Source of the DNA: Truepera sp.
Lineage (GTDB): Bacteria > Deinococcota > Deinococci > Deinococcales > Trueperaceae
NCBI GenBank assembly: GCA_965218435.1
Contig: CBDCKW010000009.1
Span: 1,824,001 to 1,888,000 of the forward strand
Direction: 5' to 3'
Length of the DNA: 64,000 nt
Position numbers and translations under genes: made by a program. This document shows, one piece after another, positions 51,817 through 61,835 of this stretch (positions are counted from its first letter, which is position 1; each line of letters opens with the position of its first letter). The notes under the pieces were generated by a model. The model saw only the letters and a program-made list of their open reading frames with translations. It did no database searches and was not told the origin of the DNA.

Positions 51817-52040
51817 TCGAAACCTCCACCAGCAGCTAAAGTCTAAGACCGGGTGACGAAGTTAGGCGAAGTTGCGCCCGAAAACGCTGTCGCCCAAGAA
51901 CGCTGTCACCGTGTGAGTTCCGGCAGCTGTACAAGATAGCAGTTGCACAAGATAATAGACGTGAAAGCTGCCGAAACGTCAGCTGCCACATCACAGCTTA
52001 AAAAGGCGAGCTTAACGCCCGCTGAAAAGCCGCGACCAAG

Positions 52041-53546
52041 CTAGTCGGCCCCGAGACTGGGGTCGGCTTCAGGCACCGACCAGATGCTCCCCAACCCTAG
52101 CCCTACCAGTCCCCAAACGAGCGTGTCCACATTCGGGGTTGCAAACCAGACCATACCGTAAATCATGTAGGTCAAGAGCGCGAGGAAGGTCGCCAGAGAG
52201 AGCGGCGTACGGGCTTTAAGGAGCGCCCACCCGGTACTCAGCAAAAAAGCGATAAAAAGCAGCATGACCGGAATTCCGCTGGCAAAGCCGATATCTAAAA
52301 AATAGTTATGTACCCGGTAGGGTTTGACGGGTTGGAGCTCGAGCGTACCCGAACCGGGGGTGCGGTAGAGTGCCAGGTTGCCTAGACGAAAAGCCCGGGC
52401 CGCCGTTTTAGGCGGTAAAAACTCGGTGAGCATCGCCTCGGCTTGTTCGGGCGTGGCAAAAAACCAGGCCGCGTTGCCGAACGCGTCAATGCCGTAACCC
52501 ATTAAAGGGCGGTCTAAAATCGCCTTGACCCCGACCTGCCAAAAGATCAGGCGGTGGCTCGTCGCCGGGTCGGTACCCTGCACGGCGCTGCCGAGTTTGT
52601 CGAGCCGCGCCCGCGCGTGCGGGGAGGTCAGGAGCGGCGCAGCGCCCGCGAGGAGCATCACGCCGCCTAACAGGAGCAGATAACGTGAACGGCCCCGCCG
52701 CCAAAACCATACAGCACCTAAACCTGCCAAGCTCAGCAGGGCGGCCAAGGCTCCTGCCCGCCCGCCACTGGCGACCAAACACGCCGTTAAAAAAGCGATA
52801 ATAAGGCCGTCAAAGAGCCGTAAACGGCGGCTTAACAGTCGCCACGTCACCCAAAAAACCAGCACCACCGCCAGGTAAGCCGCGACGTAGCTCTGATGCC
52901 CCATCGTCGCCTGCACGTTGTTGCCGACCCGGGCGCTCGGGTCAACCAGCCTGAGCGGGTCGAGCCCGTAAGCCTCGAGCAGCGCCCAGGCCCCGGCCAG
53001 ACACGCGCCCAGCGCCAGCAGATGGTAAATCCAGGTAAGCTTGAGCACCCGGCTCGAGCTCAGCACCGCCGCGAGCAGCGTCAGGGCGTACCAAGCATTT
53101 TCCAACAGCCGGAAAAGAATACTTTCGTAGCGGTCAGGAATGAACGGAAGCGACAGGCCGAGCGGGGCCGGATTGAGCAGGCTGGTCGTAAACGACGCCG
53201 CTAAAAAGAGGAGCAGCCACAGCAGCGGCAGGCGCAGCGGTGAGGCGCAGCTTAGGACTTGACCCTTGATCCTCCCGCTACGCAGCAGCAAGTACGCTTG
53301 ACGCGCACCCAAACCCCAGAGCAGAACAAAGACGATGAGCTTGGGCAGTAAAACCTCGGCAAAGCCGTTTTTAGGAAAGGTGATGACGCTTTGAGGGATC
53401 AGCGCCAACACCTCTTTAGGCATGACAGCGAGCGGAAAGGCCAGAAATAACAGCCCCCAAAAGAGCCTATGCAGCAGCCGACGTGTGCGCAGCGCCGACG
53501 CGGGTTGCCTCTGCGTCATCTTTACGCTGCGGCCGAGATGCTCCAC
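52041..53546 (-). CDS. O-antigen ligase family membrane protein
   Basis: ATMGHQSY, SGGRAG, RLIFW, RPLMGYG, HNYFLD; many TM helices; start may be ATG at 53519. Confidence 0.85.
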   Translation of the reverse strand: MEHLGRSVKMTQRQPASALRTRRLLHRLFWGLLFLAFPLAVMPKEVLALIPQSVITFPKNGFAEVLLPKLIVFVLLWGLGARQAYLLLRSGRIKGQVLSCASPLRLPLLWLLLFLAASFTTSLLNPAPLGLSLPFIPDRYESILFRLLENAWYALTLLAAVLSSSRVLKLTWIYHLLALGACLAGAWALLEAYGLDPLRLVDPSARVGNNVQATMGHQSYVAAYLAVVLVFWVTWRLLSRRLRLFDGLIIAFLTACLVASGGRAGALAALLSLAGLGAVWFWRRGRSRYLLLLGGVMLLAGAAPLLTSPHARARLDKLGSAVQGTDPATSHRLIFWQVGVKAILDRPLMGYGIDAFGNAAWFFATPEQAEAMLTEFLPPKTAARAFRLGNLALYRTPGSGTLELQPVKPYRVHNYFLDIGFASGIPVMLLFIAFLLSTGWALLKARTPLSLATFLALLTYMIYGMVWFATPNVDTLVWGLVGLGLGSIWSVPEADPSLGAD

Positions 53547-53582
53547 GCGCTTAATCCTTTGATTCGGCCCGTAAACGCAGGC

Positions 53583-54146
53583 TCAAACACGGGCGGCGTC
53601 GCTTGGTTTAAGTTCAGCCGGTGCAGGTTCAGAGTCGGTTTCAGAACTAGGTTCAGGGTTCGCTTCAGCCGACGACTCGAGTCCGAACGCCCGGTGTACC
53701 GCCCGAAGCGCCTCGACTGCGTGTTCGGCTCCGATTACCACGGTAATACGCACCTCACTCGTCGTAATCATCTCGATATTAGCCCCGGCCCCGGCAACCG
53801 CCGCAAACATCCGGCCCGCCAACCCCGGCGTTGACCCGAGCGCGATACCGACCACTGAAAGCTTGGCGATATTCGGGTCGGCGTGCGCGTCGCCGCCCAA
53901 CCTTTCCAGCACCGGACGAACGGCCGTGAGCGCGTCCTCTACGCTGTCTTTTGTGACCGTAAAGGCCATCTGTTGCCGGTTGCCCCCCGGTACGCCCTGA
54001 ATAATGGTGTCGGCGTTGACGTCCGCTGCGCCCAACGCCCCAAAAACCTGTGCGGCGACGCCGGGTGTATCCGGTACGCCTAAAAGGTCAATGCGGGCGT
54101 AGTTACGGTCTAAAGCAACGCCGGTGACCGGTTTGTCGGTTTTCAC
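53583..54146 (-). CDS. Putative aspartate kinase beta subunit from an internal in-frame start
   Basis: AGGAG at 54153-54157, 6 nt before an in-frame GTG at 54146, giving MKTDKPVTGVALD. Confidence 0.65.
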   Translation of the reverse strand: MKTDKPVTGVALDRNYARIDLLGVPDTPGVAAQVFGALGAADVNADTIIQGVPGGNRQQMAFTVTKDSVEDALTAVRPVLERLGGDAHADPNIAKLSVVGIALGSTPGLAGRMFAAVAGAGANIEMITTSEVRITVVIGAEHAVEALRAVHRAFGLESSAEANPEPSSETDSEPAPAELKPSDAARV

Positions 54147-54953
54147 AACCTTCTCCTCTTGAACTACACCTTGTTTTGTTCCGGCTTGTTCTGCTGTACG
54201 CTTCGCTGACATCTGCGTCCCGGCTTTGGTGCCGACCAGTGTACCAGGCGCGTATGAAAACGATGAGCGGACGTGAATTCTGACCCCGTAGCGGCGCGCG
54301 TACCAAACGCTGCGTGGGTGCAGCACCTTCGCGCCGAGCGAGGCGAGTTCTAACATCTCGTCATAGTCAATATAAGGGAGTTTTGTCGCCGTGGGGATGA
54401 GGTGCGGGTCAGTCGTGTACACGCCCTCGGTGTCGGTGTAGATTTCGCACTCGGGCGCACCCAGAGCTGCGGCCACCGCCACCGCCGTCGTATCCGAACC
54501 GCCGCGCCCGAGCGTCGTAATCATGCCCTCGGCGTCTATCCCTTGGAATCCGGCGATCACAGCCACGTCAACGCTCCTAAACGCGGCTAAGAGCGCACCG
54601 GGGTTGACCTCGATAATACGTGCGCCGCCGCTGACACTATCGGTTAAAAACCCGGCTTGAGACCCGGTAAACGAACGCGCCTTAAGCCCGATACTGTGCA
54701 GCGTCATGGCCAAAAGCGCAACCGACTGCTGTTCTCCGGTCGCCATCAACATATCGAGTTCGCGCCGGTCGGGGCGCACTGTAATCTCTTTGGCAAGCGA
54801 GACGAGCGCGTCGGTGGTGCGGCCCATCGCCGATACCGTGACAGCAACTTTTTGCCCTTTTTCTACTGTGCGGGCGACACGCGCCGCCACTTTGCGGATA
54901 CGCTCGAGGTCGCCGACGCTGGTACCCCCGTACTTTTGCACTACAATCTCCAT
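53583..54953 (-). CDS. ask: Aspartate kinase (alpha subunit)
   Basis: VQKYGGTSV, VSAMG, AGFQG, TLGRGGSDTTA, GAKVLHPR, two ACT domains; ATG at 54953 with RBS GGGAG. Confidence 0.95.
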   Translation of the reverse strand: MEIVVQKYGGTSVGDLERIRKVAARVARTVEKGQKVAVTVSAMGRTTDALVSLAKEITVRPDRRELDMLMATGEQQSVALLAMTLHSIGLKARSFTGSQAGFLTDSVSGGARIIEVNPGALLAAFRSVDVAVIAGFQGIDAEGMITTLGRGGSDTTAVAVAAALGAPECEIYTDTEGVYTTDPHLIPTATKLPYIDYDEMLELASLGAKVLHPRSVWYARRYGVRIHVRSSFSYAPGTLVGTKAGTQMSAKRTAEQAGTKQGVVQEEKVVKTDKPVTGVALDRNYARIDLLGVPDTPGVAAQVFGALGAADVNADTIIQGVPGGNRQQMAFTVTKDSVEDALTAVRPVLERLGGDAHADPNIAKLSVVGIALGSTPGLAGRMFAAVAGAGANIEMITTSEVRITVVIGAEHAVEALRAVHRAFGLESSAEANPEPSSETDSEPAPAELKPSDAARV

Positions 54954-55104
54954 AAAACTCCCTTGTACCCGAACGCGAACGTACAGGCAACGGGCACATT
55001 GTATGACAAGTATGACGAAAACAGGCCGCGGCAGAAATTGAGGAACGAGTATCAGAGCGTCTCTGACGCAGCTATCTATTGTAGGTCGAACGTAACAGTA
55101 CAAC

Positions 55105-55138
55105 TTATTGGGCAGGTCTGGTTATTGGACAGGTCTGG
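55105..55138. repeat. 17-bp tandem duplication
   Basis: TTATTGGGCAGGTCTGG followed by TTATTGGACAGGTCTGG. Confidence 0.8.
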
Positions 55139-55233
55139 CACAGGCTTGCCGAAAACTTCACACGCTCTCTAACCGGCCTATGTGAGTGCATTTTAAGGTT
55201 AGGTTAAGGTTCGTCTCGGTATAGTAAAGCATT

Positions 55234-56568
55234 ATGTCACGACGTTATTTCGGCACCGACGGTATCAGGGGGGTTGCAGGAGCCCCACCGATGACCGCAG
55301 AGTTCGCTTTTTCGGTCGGTGTCGCCGCGGCTGAAGCCCTTAAAGGGGCGGGCCGTGACGCGCCTACGGTCTTGATCGGACGCGATACCCGCCGTTCCGG
55401 GCAGATGCTCATGTCGGCGCTCGTGGCAGGGCTGACCTCGAGGGGTGCCTTTGCTGTTGAACTCGGCGTTTTGCCGACTCCCGGTGTCTCACACCTCTGC
55501 CGCTCGCTCGGCGCAGCTGCGGGTATCGTCATCAGCGCGTCGCACAACCCGTTTGCCGACAACGGCATCAAGTTTTTTAGCGCCGACGGCGAAAAGCTCT
55601 CGGACGCGCTCGAGGCTGAGATCGAAAGCTACCTGGGGCGTGTTGCGACTCTACCTGCTGTCACCGGCGCGGCCATCGGCACGTTTGAACGCTACGACCG
55701 CAGCAGCAGCCACGAATACCGCGACTTTTTGATCGCCAGCGGCCCCGACCTGAGCGGCCTTAAGATCGGTTTAGACTGCGCCAACGGCGCAGCGTACAAA
55801 CTCGCCCCCGAAGTTTTTTCGCTACTCGGGGCCGACGTGCGGGTGATCAACGCCGAACCCGACGGGCTCAATATCAATACCGGCTGCGGCTCAACGCATC
55901 CCGAAGCTATCGCACACTTTGTTCAAACCGAGGGCTTAGACCTCGGCGTCACCTTCGACGGCGACGCCGACCGTGCGCTCCTCGTAGACCGCGCGGGGCG
56001 GCTGATTTCAGGCGACCACATGCTCGCGATCTGTGCGCTCTACCGCCACGAACAAGCCGTCGTCTCGACCATTATGGGGAACTTGGGCCTCGAGCACTAC
56101 CTGACCGCACGCGGTGTGGGCTTTTACCGCGCCGCCGTCGGTGACCGCTACGTTTACGAGATGCTCCGTACCAAAGGCTTGTCTTTAGGCGGTGAACAGT
56201 CCGGACACGTGCTCTTTTTAGACAAAGCGCCGACCGGCGACGGCATTTTGAGCGCCTTACAAACGCTCGCTGCGGTGCAGGGTTCAGGAAAAATGCTCGA
56301 GACTTGGTTTGACGAAATCACCATGTACCCGCAAATCCTGCTTAACGTCCGAGTTGACCCGCTCGTAAAAGCGCGGCTCGCCGAACATCAGCAAGTAGCT
56401 GTAGCTCTGCAAGAAGCCTCAGCGCGCCTCAACGGTGAGGGCCGCGTCAACGTTCGGCCGTCAGGCACCGAGCCGCTCGTCCGGGTGATGGTTGAAGGGC
56501 GCGACCAAAGTACGATCGAGCAGGTTGCTAGAGATATTGCGGCTGTGGTCGAACGGGCGAGACTCTAA
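55234..56568 (+). CDS. glmM: Phosphoglucosamine mutase
   Basis: FGTDGIRG, ISASHNP, DGDADR, GGEQSGH, RPSGTEP. Confidence 0.95.
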   Translation: MSRRYFGTDGIRGVAGAPPMTAEFAFSVGVAAAEALKGAGRDAPTVLIGRDTRRSGQMLMSALVAGLTSRGAFAVELGVLPTPGVSHLCRSLGAAAGIVISASHNPFADNGIKFFSADGEKLSDALEAEIESYLGRVATLPAVTGAAIGTFERYDRSSSHEYRDFLIASGPDLSGLKIGLDCANGAAYKLAPEVFSLLGADVRVINAEPDGLNINTGCGSTHPEAIAHFVQTEGLDLGVTFDGDADRALLVDRAGRLISGDHMLAICALYRHEQAVVSTIMGNLGLEHYLTARGVGFYRAAVGDRYVYEMLRTKGLSLGGEQSGHVLFLDKAPTGDGILSALQTLAAVQGSGKMLETWFDEITMYPQILLNVRVDPLVKARLAEHQQVAVALQEASARLNGEGRVNVRPSGTEPLVRVMVEGRDQSTIEQVARDIAAVVERARL

Positions 56569-56760
56569 GCCGGCTTGTTCAAGCGTTCTGGTAGACGTCC
56601 ACTAAATTTTTAGGTGTCATTCTGAAATGCAGCGGCTTTTGCGGTCACTGAGCCGGGTTCTCGCTTAGACAATTTTGGCTTTGTTAAGGGCAGCATTTCA
56701 AAATGTGCGTATCAAACTATGCTTCATTTACTTGAGCTGGCTCAAACCAAATCATACCTT

Positions 56761-57228
56761 CTATAATTTGGTAAAAGGCAGAGGTTTTAGCTCGAGAACC
56801 ACCTGACCCCCATAGACAAACGCCATGTGGAGCGTGTCACCCGACCAGCGCAGCTCAGGCAGCGGTAAATCCCGAAGAACCGCGTCACTCGTCGGCCAAG
56901 GATCGGTCGTCCTTTCAGCGATCACGTCTTGCACTGTGCTCATGATCTGATAGGCGATATGGGCCAGATCTTCTTTTTCCGTCTCTGAGGCGTAGTGCAG
57001 GTTGATACCCTGCCCCGCTTCAGCTTGACCGTCAAACGACACGCCGACTACCGCACCGTCAAGCTCGAGGCTAAACACAGGGGGCGTAACCAGGTTAAGC
57101 TGTTGTACCAGCCAAGAGGCCAGTTCAACCACTTTGGGGGAAGGTCTACCGGTTCGGGCGAAGGGTAACTGAAGCGTCGGGTAGAGTAGTTCATGATTGA
57201 TATTACCCGCGCCTTGACCTCTGGGCAC
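56761..57228 (-). CDS. Hypothetical protein (start uncertain)
   Basis: 155-codon ORF filling the gap; the full ORF overlaps the kynB start, so the real start is probably downstream. Confidence 0.45.
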   Translation of the reverse strand: MPRGQGAGNINHELLYPTLQLPFARTGRPSPKVVELASWLVQQLNLVTPPVFSLELDGAVVGVSFDGQAEAGQGINLHYASETEKEDLAHIAYQIMSTVQDVIAERTTDPWPTSDAVLRDLPLPELRWSGDTLHMAFVYGGQVVLELKPLPFTKL

Positions 57229-57789
57229 CCCAACTGGCCCGGTGACACCCCTCTAACCGTAAAGCTTACCGCCGACATCACTCAAGGTTCAGCGGTCAAC
57301 ATTATGAAGCTCTCAACCTCGACGCACTGTGGCACCCACCTCGACGCGCCGTTTCATTACAGCCAAGGCGGGGGGCGGTTGGGAAGCGTGGCGCTCGAGC
57401 TGCTGATCGGTCCGGCACGAATCATTGACGCACGCAGCAGTGTGACCCCCGAACTGTTAGCGCCCTTTGACCAGCTACCTGAACGCGTCCTCTTTTATAC
57501 CGGCGAACCCGCTCATTGGGACGTGTTTCCCAACTTCACGCCGCTCACGCCTGAGCTGATTTACGCCCTCGCTGACCGGGGTGTGAAACTCGTCGGCACC
57601 GACGCACCGAGTGTAGATACCCTGACGAGTAAAGATTTGCCCGCGCATAAGGCTTGTTTGGAACGTGGTGTGCTGATCCTCGAGGGTCTCAACTTGGTCA
57701 ATGTTCCCGAGGGCAAGTACGAACTTATCTGCTTACCGCTCAACCTCCCCGACGCCGACGCGTCGCCGGTCAGGGCCATCCTCCGGTGA
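57193..57789 (+). CDS. kynB: Kynurenine formamidase (cyclase family)
   Basis: WPGD, HCGTHLDAPFH, GTDAPSVD, ILEGL, DASPVRA; adjacent to kynU. Confidence 0.88.
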   Translation: MIDITRALTSGHPNWPGDTPLTVKLTADITQGSAVNIMKLSTSTHCGTHLDAPFHYSQGGGRLGSVALELLIGPARIIDARSSVTPELLAPFDQLPERVLFYTGEPAHWDVFPNFTPLTPELIYALADRGVKLVGTDAPSVDTLTSKDLPAHKACLERGVLILEGLNLVNVPEGKYELICLPLNLPDADASPVRAILR

Positions 57790-58967
57790 AACGGGACGCG
57801 TTCTTACTGCCGCGCGGTATCTACTTAGACGGCAACTCGCTCGGCCCGCTCTCTTACGGGGCGCAAGCTGCGACTGAGCGCCGCTTAAAGCAGTGGCAGC
57901 ACTTGGCGGTGAGCGGCTGGGACGAGTGGTTTGAACTTGCGGAGCGCCTCTCCCCGGCGCTTGCTCGGCTCGTCGGGGCGAAACCTACAGAGGTCATCGC
58001 CACGGGCAGCATCACGAGTAACCTGCACGCGCTTTTAGCGACGTTTTACGAGCCCCAAGGCGAACGCCGCAACCTGCTGGCGACCAGCCTCGACTTTCCC
58101 AGCGACCTCTACGCGCTTTCGGCGTGGGCCGAGCGGCAGGGCGGCGAGCTCAAGCTCATCCCCTCGAGAGACGGGCATACCCTTCACGAAAACGATATTC
58201 AGGGTGCGCTGACGACGGACATCGCCGTCGCCGTATTACCAACGGTGCTCTACCGGAGCGGACAACTCTTAGACGTTACAAGTATCACCGCGCAGGCGCA
58301 CGCTGCAGGTGCGCTGATCGGCTGGGACGCGGCGCATAGTATTGGCGCGGTGCCGCACAGCTTTCACGACGCCGGAGTGGACTTTGCCGTGTGGTGTTCG
58401 TATAAATATCTCAACGCGGGACCGGGTGCGCCGGGTGGCTTATTCGTGCATGAGCGGCACTTTGAGCGTACTCCGGGATTGCCGGGGTGGTGGGGCCACG
58501 ACAAAGCGACGCAGTTTGAAATGGCCGCAGCGTTTCGCAAAGCGGTCGGCGCAGGCGCGTATCAGCTTGGCACGCCGAGCATCATCGCGCTCGCGGGGCT
58601 CGAGGGCGCTCTCGGCGTGTTCGAAGAGGTCAGTATCGGGGCGGTGCGCACACGCTCATTAGAGCTGACCGAATACCTTATCGTCCTCGCGGACGCGCAG
58701 CTGCCGGAACTCACGTTGCGGACGCCCCGGAACCCGGAAAAGCGGGGCGGCCACCTCGTTTTAGAACACCCTCACGCGCAGAGCCTGAGCCTTGCGCTCC
58801 GGGAACGTCAGATCGTTCCCGATTACCGCGCTCCCAACTTGCTCCGGCTCGCCCCGGTCGCGCTTTATAACACTGAAGCTGAGCTAGACGAAACGGTGCG
58901 TGTACTGCGAGAGCTGTTAGATAGGAGAAGTTATGTAAAAGAGATTCCGGCAGGCCCTGTTACTTAG
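57786..58967 (+). CDS. kynU: Kynureninase
   Basis: YLDGNSLG, FPSDLY, WDAAHS, WCSYKYLNAGPG, GWWGH; GTG overlaps the kynB stop. Confidence 0.93.
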   Translation: MKRDAFLLPRGIYLDGNSLGPLSYGAQAATERRLKQWQHLAVSGWDEWFELAERLSPALARLVGAKPTEVIATGSITSNLHALLATFYEPQGERRNLLATSLDFPSDLYALSAWAERQGGELKLIPSRDGHTLHENDIQGALTTDIAVAVLPTVLYRSGQLLDVTSITAQAHAAGALIGWDAAHSIGAVPHSFHDAGVDFAVWCSYKYLNAGPGAPGGLFVHERHFERTPGLPGWWGHDKATQFEMAAAFRKAVGAGAYQLGTPSIIALAGLEGALGVFEEVSIGAVRTRSLELTEYLIVLADAQLPELTLRTPRNPEKRGGHLVLEHPHAQSLSLALRERQIVPDYRAPNLLRLAPVALYNTEAELDETVRVLRELLDRRSYVKEIPAGPVT

Positions 58968-59030
58968 GCTCGAGTCGCCTTGTCTACACGCTTGATATTT
59001 GTCTACATACTTGTCTGCACATACGTTTAG

Positions 59031-59453
59031 CTACCGCGCCGGACAGACCACGCTCATCTCGGTGCCCCAGCGGTACGCCTCGCTGCAGGTAACCCAGGCG
59101 CGTTTAATTGAAATGGTACTAAGCACGTTGGCGTCGCCCGGGACCTTTAAGGTAGCGATGACGCCCTGCCCGCGCGGTCCCCAAAGCGTGACAGTTTGCG
59201 GGTAGGTGCCGCGAAACGCCTCAGCGTCTTTGGGCAAGGTAGTCTCGTCCCCCGTAAGCGCCGCGTAGCGCCCCTGAAAGGTGGCTCCGGCAGGCCCGTC
59301 GAAGTGAACGTAGTACGGAATCGGCCCCCCAAACTCGTAGTAAAGGCCCGCAACCACGAGGAGTGTAAACAGCAAGATTAAGATGCGGGTAAGCGGAACT
59401 TCGGGTGCCCGGACGCGTTGACTTTTCCCTTGACCTTGAACTTCTCTAACCAC
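59031..59453 (-). CDS. Membrane-anchored hypothetical protein
   Basis: Single TM segment followed by a soluble domain with two Cys. Confidence 0.5.
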   Translation of the reverse strand: MVREVQGQGKSQRVRAPEVPLTRILILLFTLLVVAGLYYEFGGPIPYYVHFDGPAGATFQGRYAALTGDETTLPKDAEAFRGTYPQTVTLWGPRGQGVIATLKVPGDANVLSTISIKRAWVTCSEAYRWGTEMSVVCPAR

Positions 59454-59596
59454 AGTAGCTCCTAACGGTATCCAGCTGAGCCCGAGAGCGCAGCGTAACG
59501 CTCCAGTTTACGGCGCTCACGCACAAAGATAAAGCGCGGTGAACTACACCGCGCCCTTTTTGCCTGCTGGGTTTAGACACATAGGTCTCGGACGAG

Positions 59597-60229
59597 CTAG
59601 CCGCGCAGGTGCTTAACGCCCGCTGCAACTTTGGCAACGCGGACACCGAGTTTACGGGCCATACTGAGTTCATCTTCTGAAGGTTGCCTCGAGCCGTCGC
59701 CACCGGCGAGCGTCCCAGGGCCGTAAGGCGAGCCGCCATGCACGCTAAGCGCAAAGAGTTCCGGGTTCTGACTGTAGGGCGACCCGACGAAGATCATCCC
59801 TTGGTGCAGCATCGGCACGAGCGCGGTCAGCACGGTTGACTCTTGGCCACCCCCGAGCGTCGCCGTCCCGACAAAGATACCCGTCACCTTATCGGTCAGC
59901 TCACCGTTCGCCCACAGGCCCCCGGTCGTGTCAATAAACGCCTTCATCTGCGCGGCCATGTTGCCGTAACGTGTCGGGGTGCCCCAGATGATGCCGTCGG
60001 CCCAGCGGAGGTCGTCGTGAGTTACCTCGTCGTGCTCAGCCATCGCCTGTTGCGCCTGAACATAGGCGTCTTGGCCTGACATCGCCTGACGCGCCGCCTC
60101 GAGTTCAGGAATACGCACAACTTTGACCTCGGTGTCGTCTACACTTTTGGCACCTTCGGCGACTGAATGCGCCATCTTATGGAGGTGACCATATGAACTG
60201 TAAAACGGAATCAGGATATGGGTAGGCAT
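59597..60229 (-). CDS. wrbA: NAD(P)H:quinone oxidoreductase, WrbA family
   Basis: YSSYGH, GTPTRYGNM, GGQEST, GGSPYG. Confidence 0.93.
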   Translation of the reverse strand: MPTHILIPFYSSYGHLHKMAHSVAEGAKSVDDTEVKVVRIPELEAARQAMSGQDAYVQAQQAMAEHDEVTHDDLRWADGIIWGTPTRYGNMAAQMKAFIDTTGGLWANGELTDKVTGIFVGTATLGGGQESTVLTALVPMLHQGMIFVGSPYSQNPELFALSVHGGSPYGPGTLAGGDGSRQPSEDELSMARKLGVRVAKVAAGVKHLRG

Positions 60230-60326
60230 AGTGTCTCCTTTGGAATACTTGTGTGGGGTTTGCGAGCTTGTAACGTAAACTCAGCACGCGACCTTGCGGG
60301 CAAGGCGTTACCCGGCAACGTGTTAA

Positions 60327-60355
60327 AGCGTATGCGGAGTGCTATATTTTGTCAA
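60327..60355 (-). promoter_or_regulatory. Sigma70-like promoter of wrbA
   Basis: TTGACA-N17-TACGCT on the minus strand. Confidence 0.55.
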
Positions 60356-60450
60356 GTAGTTTGTAATACATAGTTGCAGCTTGGGTAAGCTGTTTATTAT
60401 TTTATAAGTTTTTAGGGATTACAAAGCACGGAGGCCGCAGGGAAGGTTAC

Positions 60451-60792
60451 GTGGAGGTTACGGAGGAGCATACAGTGGAACATAACTTTTGTCCGATCTA
60501 CGAGTCAATCAATCTGCTGCAAGAGAAGTGGACGCTGCATATCGTGCGCTCGCTCTTAGGCGGCCCCAAAGGGTTTAACGAACTCGGCCGCGACATCGGC
60601 GGCTGCAACCCGACCACCTTGGCGCAACGTTTAGAACGGCTCGAGGCTGCCGGAATCATCCATAAAAGTGTGCAGTCCACCATGCCGCCACGGACCCGCT
60701 ACACCCTGACCGAAGCAGGACTCGCGTTAGAAGACGTGATCGGCGCAGTAGACCGTTGGGGGCGGCAGTTTCTGACTCAGACTGTTCCTTAA
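60451..60792 (+). CDS. HxlR/DUF24 family winged-helix regulator
   Basis: N-terminal CP, KWTLHIV, FNEL, TLAQRLERLE, PPRTRYTLT; divergent from wrbA; start may be GTG at 60475. Confidence 0.9.
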   Translation: MEVTEEHTVEHNFCPIYESINLLQEKWTLHIVRSLLGGPKGFNELGRDIGGCNPTTLAQRLERLEAAGIIHKSVQSTMPPRTRYTLTEAGLALEDVIGAVDRWGRQFLTQTVP

Positions 60793-60820
60793 GAGGTCAA
60801 AGTACTAGACATAAAGTGCT

Positions 60821-61069
60821 ATGAAATTTTTCACACCGCTGCTAGACTTACGCTATCTTAGTCGGGCTCCGCCCTGGTTTGGGGAGATAATGCGTCACAA
60901 TACCGTTTGGCTTTTTGTCGTTTTAGCACTTTTACTCACGGCCTTTTGCCTCGGATTACCCCAATTTCACTACGCCGTCGCGCTGATGATCGCCCTTATC
61001 TTACGGTACAAAGACCAACCCTATAACGAACCGCTTTTCAAATTTAGCTTTTCGCCGAGGCGCAGTTAG
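60821..61069 (+). CDS. Small membrane protein
   Basis: Two hydrophobic segments; start uncertain. Confidence 0.4.
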   Translation: MKFFTPLLDLRYLSRAPPWFGEIMRHNTVWLFVVLALLLTAFCLGLPQFHYAVALMIALILRYKDQPYNEPLFKFSFSPRRS

Positions 61070-61424
61070 AAGCTGTTCGGGTGCTGAGTTCCGCTGATCT
61101 TTCGGTTGAGCCGTGACGACTTCTACCGCCTTGCAGGTAAGTAGTCAGGGGTTAGAAGTCAGTAGTCCATCAGCCTTCTGCGCAGGTAACGTCGGTCTCG
61201 CGGTTGCGTGAGGGTCTTAAAAGCAACTGTCAACATGGCCTAGAGCCGACCGAGAGCGTCCACAACATAGCTGATATAAGTTAAGAGTTCAGAATAAAGA
61301 AGTTAGGTGTTTGGGCGTCTCTTACACCTTCAAGACGTGACCACAAGGGTAGACGACAACTGAAACCCCAAAACGCTTCACACGACGGCCACGCCGGTGC
61401 AGGGTGTTTTTACGCTCTGCTTTT

Positions 61425-61700
61425 TTAACGTACCGGGGGTCGTTTGCGTTTGTCGGCGTTGTTGCTTTTGTAAAAAAGCTCGGCGAGCTCGAGGTTGAGC
61501 TTGACCAGTTCCGCGTCCCGCAAACGGTGGTCCAACTGCTCTTTGCACGCGCCGACGCGCTCACTGAGCCCAGCGTTGGGTTTTGCCGGTGACGCTATGA
61601 TGAGGCGGTGCTCGAGACGCTCAATCAACTCCTTAGCCGCGTCTCGGTGTTTTTCACGTTGCAGTTTATTTAGTTTCATAAACGCCAGTTTCATAAGCAC
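61425..61700 (-). CDS. Small hypothetical helical protein
   Basis: 91-codon ORF in an otherwise empty gap; no family recognised. Confidence 0.4.
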   Translation of the reverse strand: MLMKLAFMKLNKLQREKHRDAAKELIERLEHRLIIASPAKPNAGLSERVGACKEQLDHRLRDAELVKLNLELAELFYKSNNADKRKRPPVR

Positions 61701-61835
61701 TCAGTCTCATAGACACCCCCGTAAAGATAGCCCTACGCACTTCGGGTAACGTTTCAGCTGAACAACTTGCGATTAGAAGCTACCCGCTGAAAAGCCTAGC
61801 ACGCTGCATGAGCGTGTAAAGCAGCCCGAACTTCA

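Noticed and set aside
54954..55103. 50-aa N-terminal extension of aspartate kinase, or a riboswitch in this leader
   Set aside because: Family homology begins at MEIVVQKYGG with an RBS; no riboswitch consensus recognised (an Rfam scan would be decisive)
61070..61420. Unannotated gap as a possible ncRNA
   Set aside because: No recognisable RNA family or strong structure by eye
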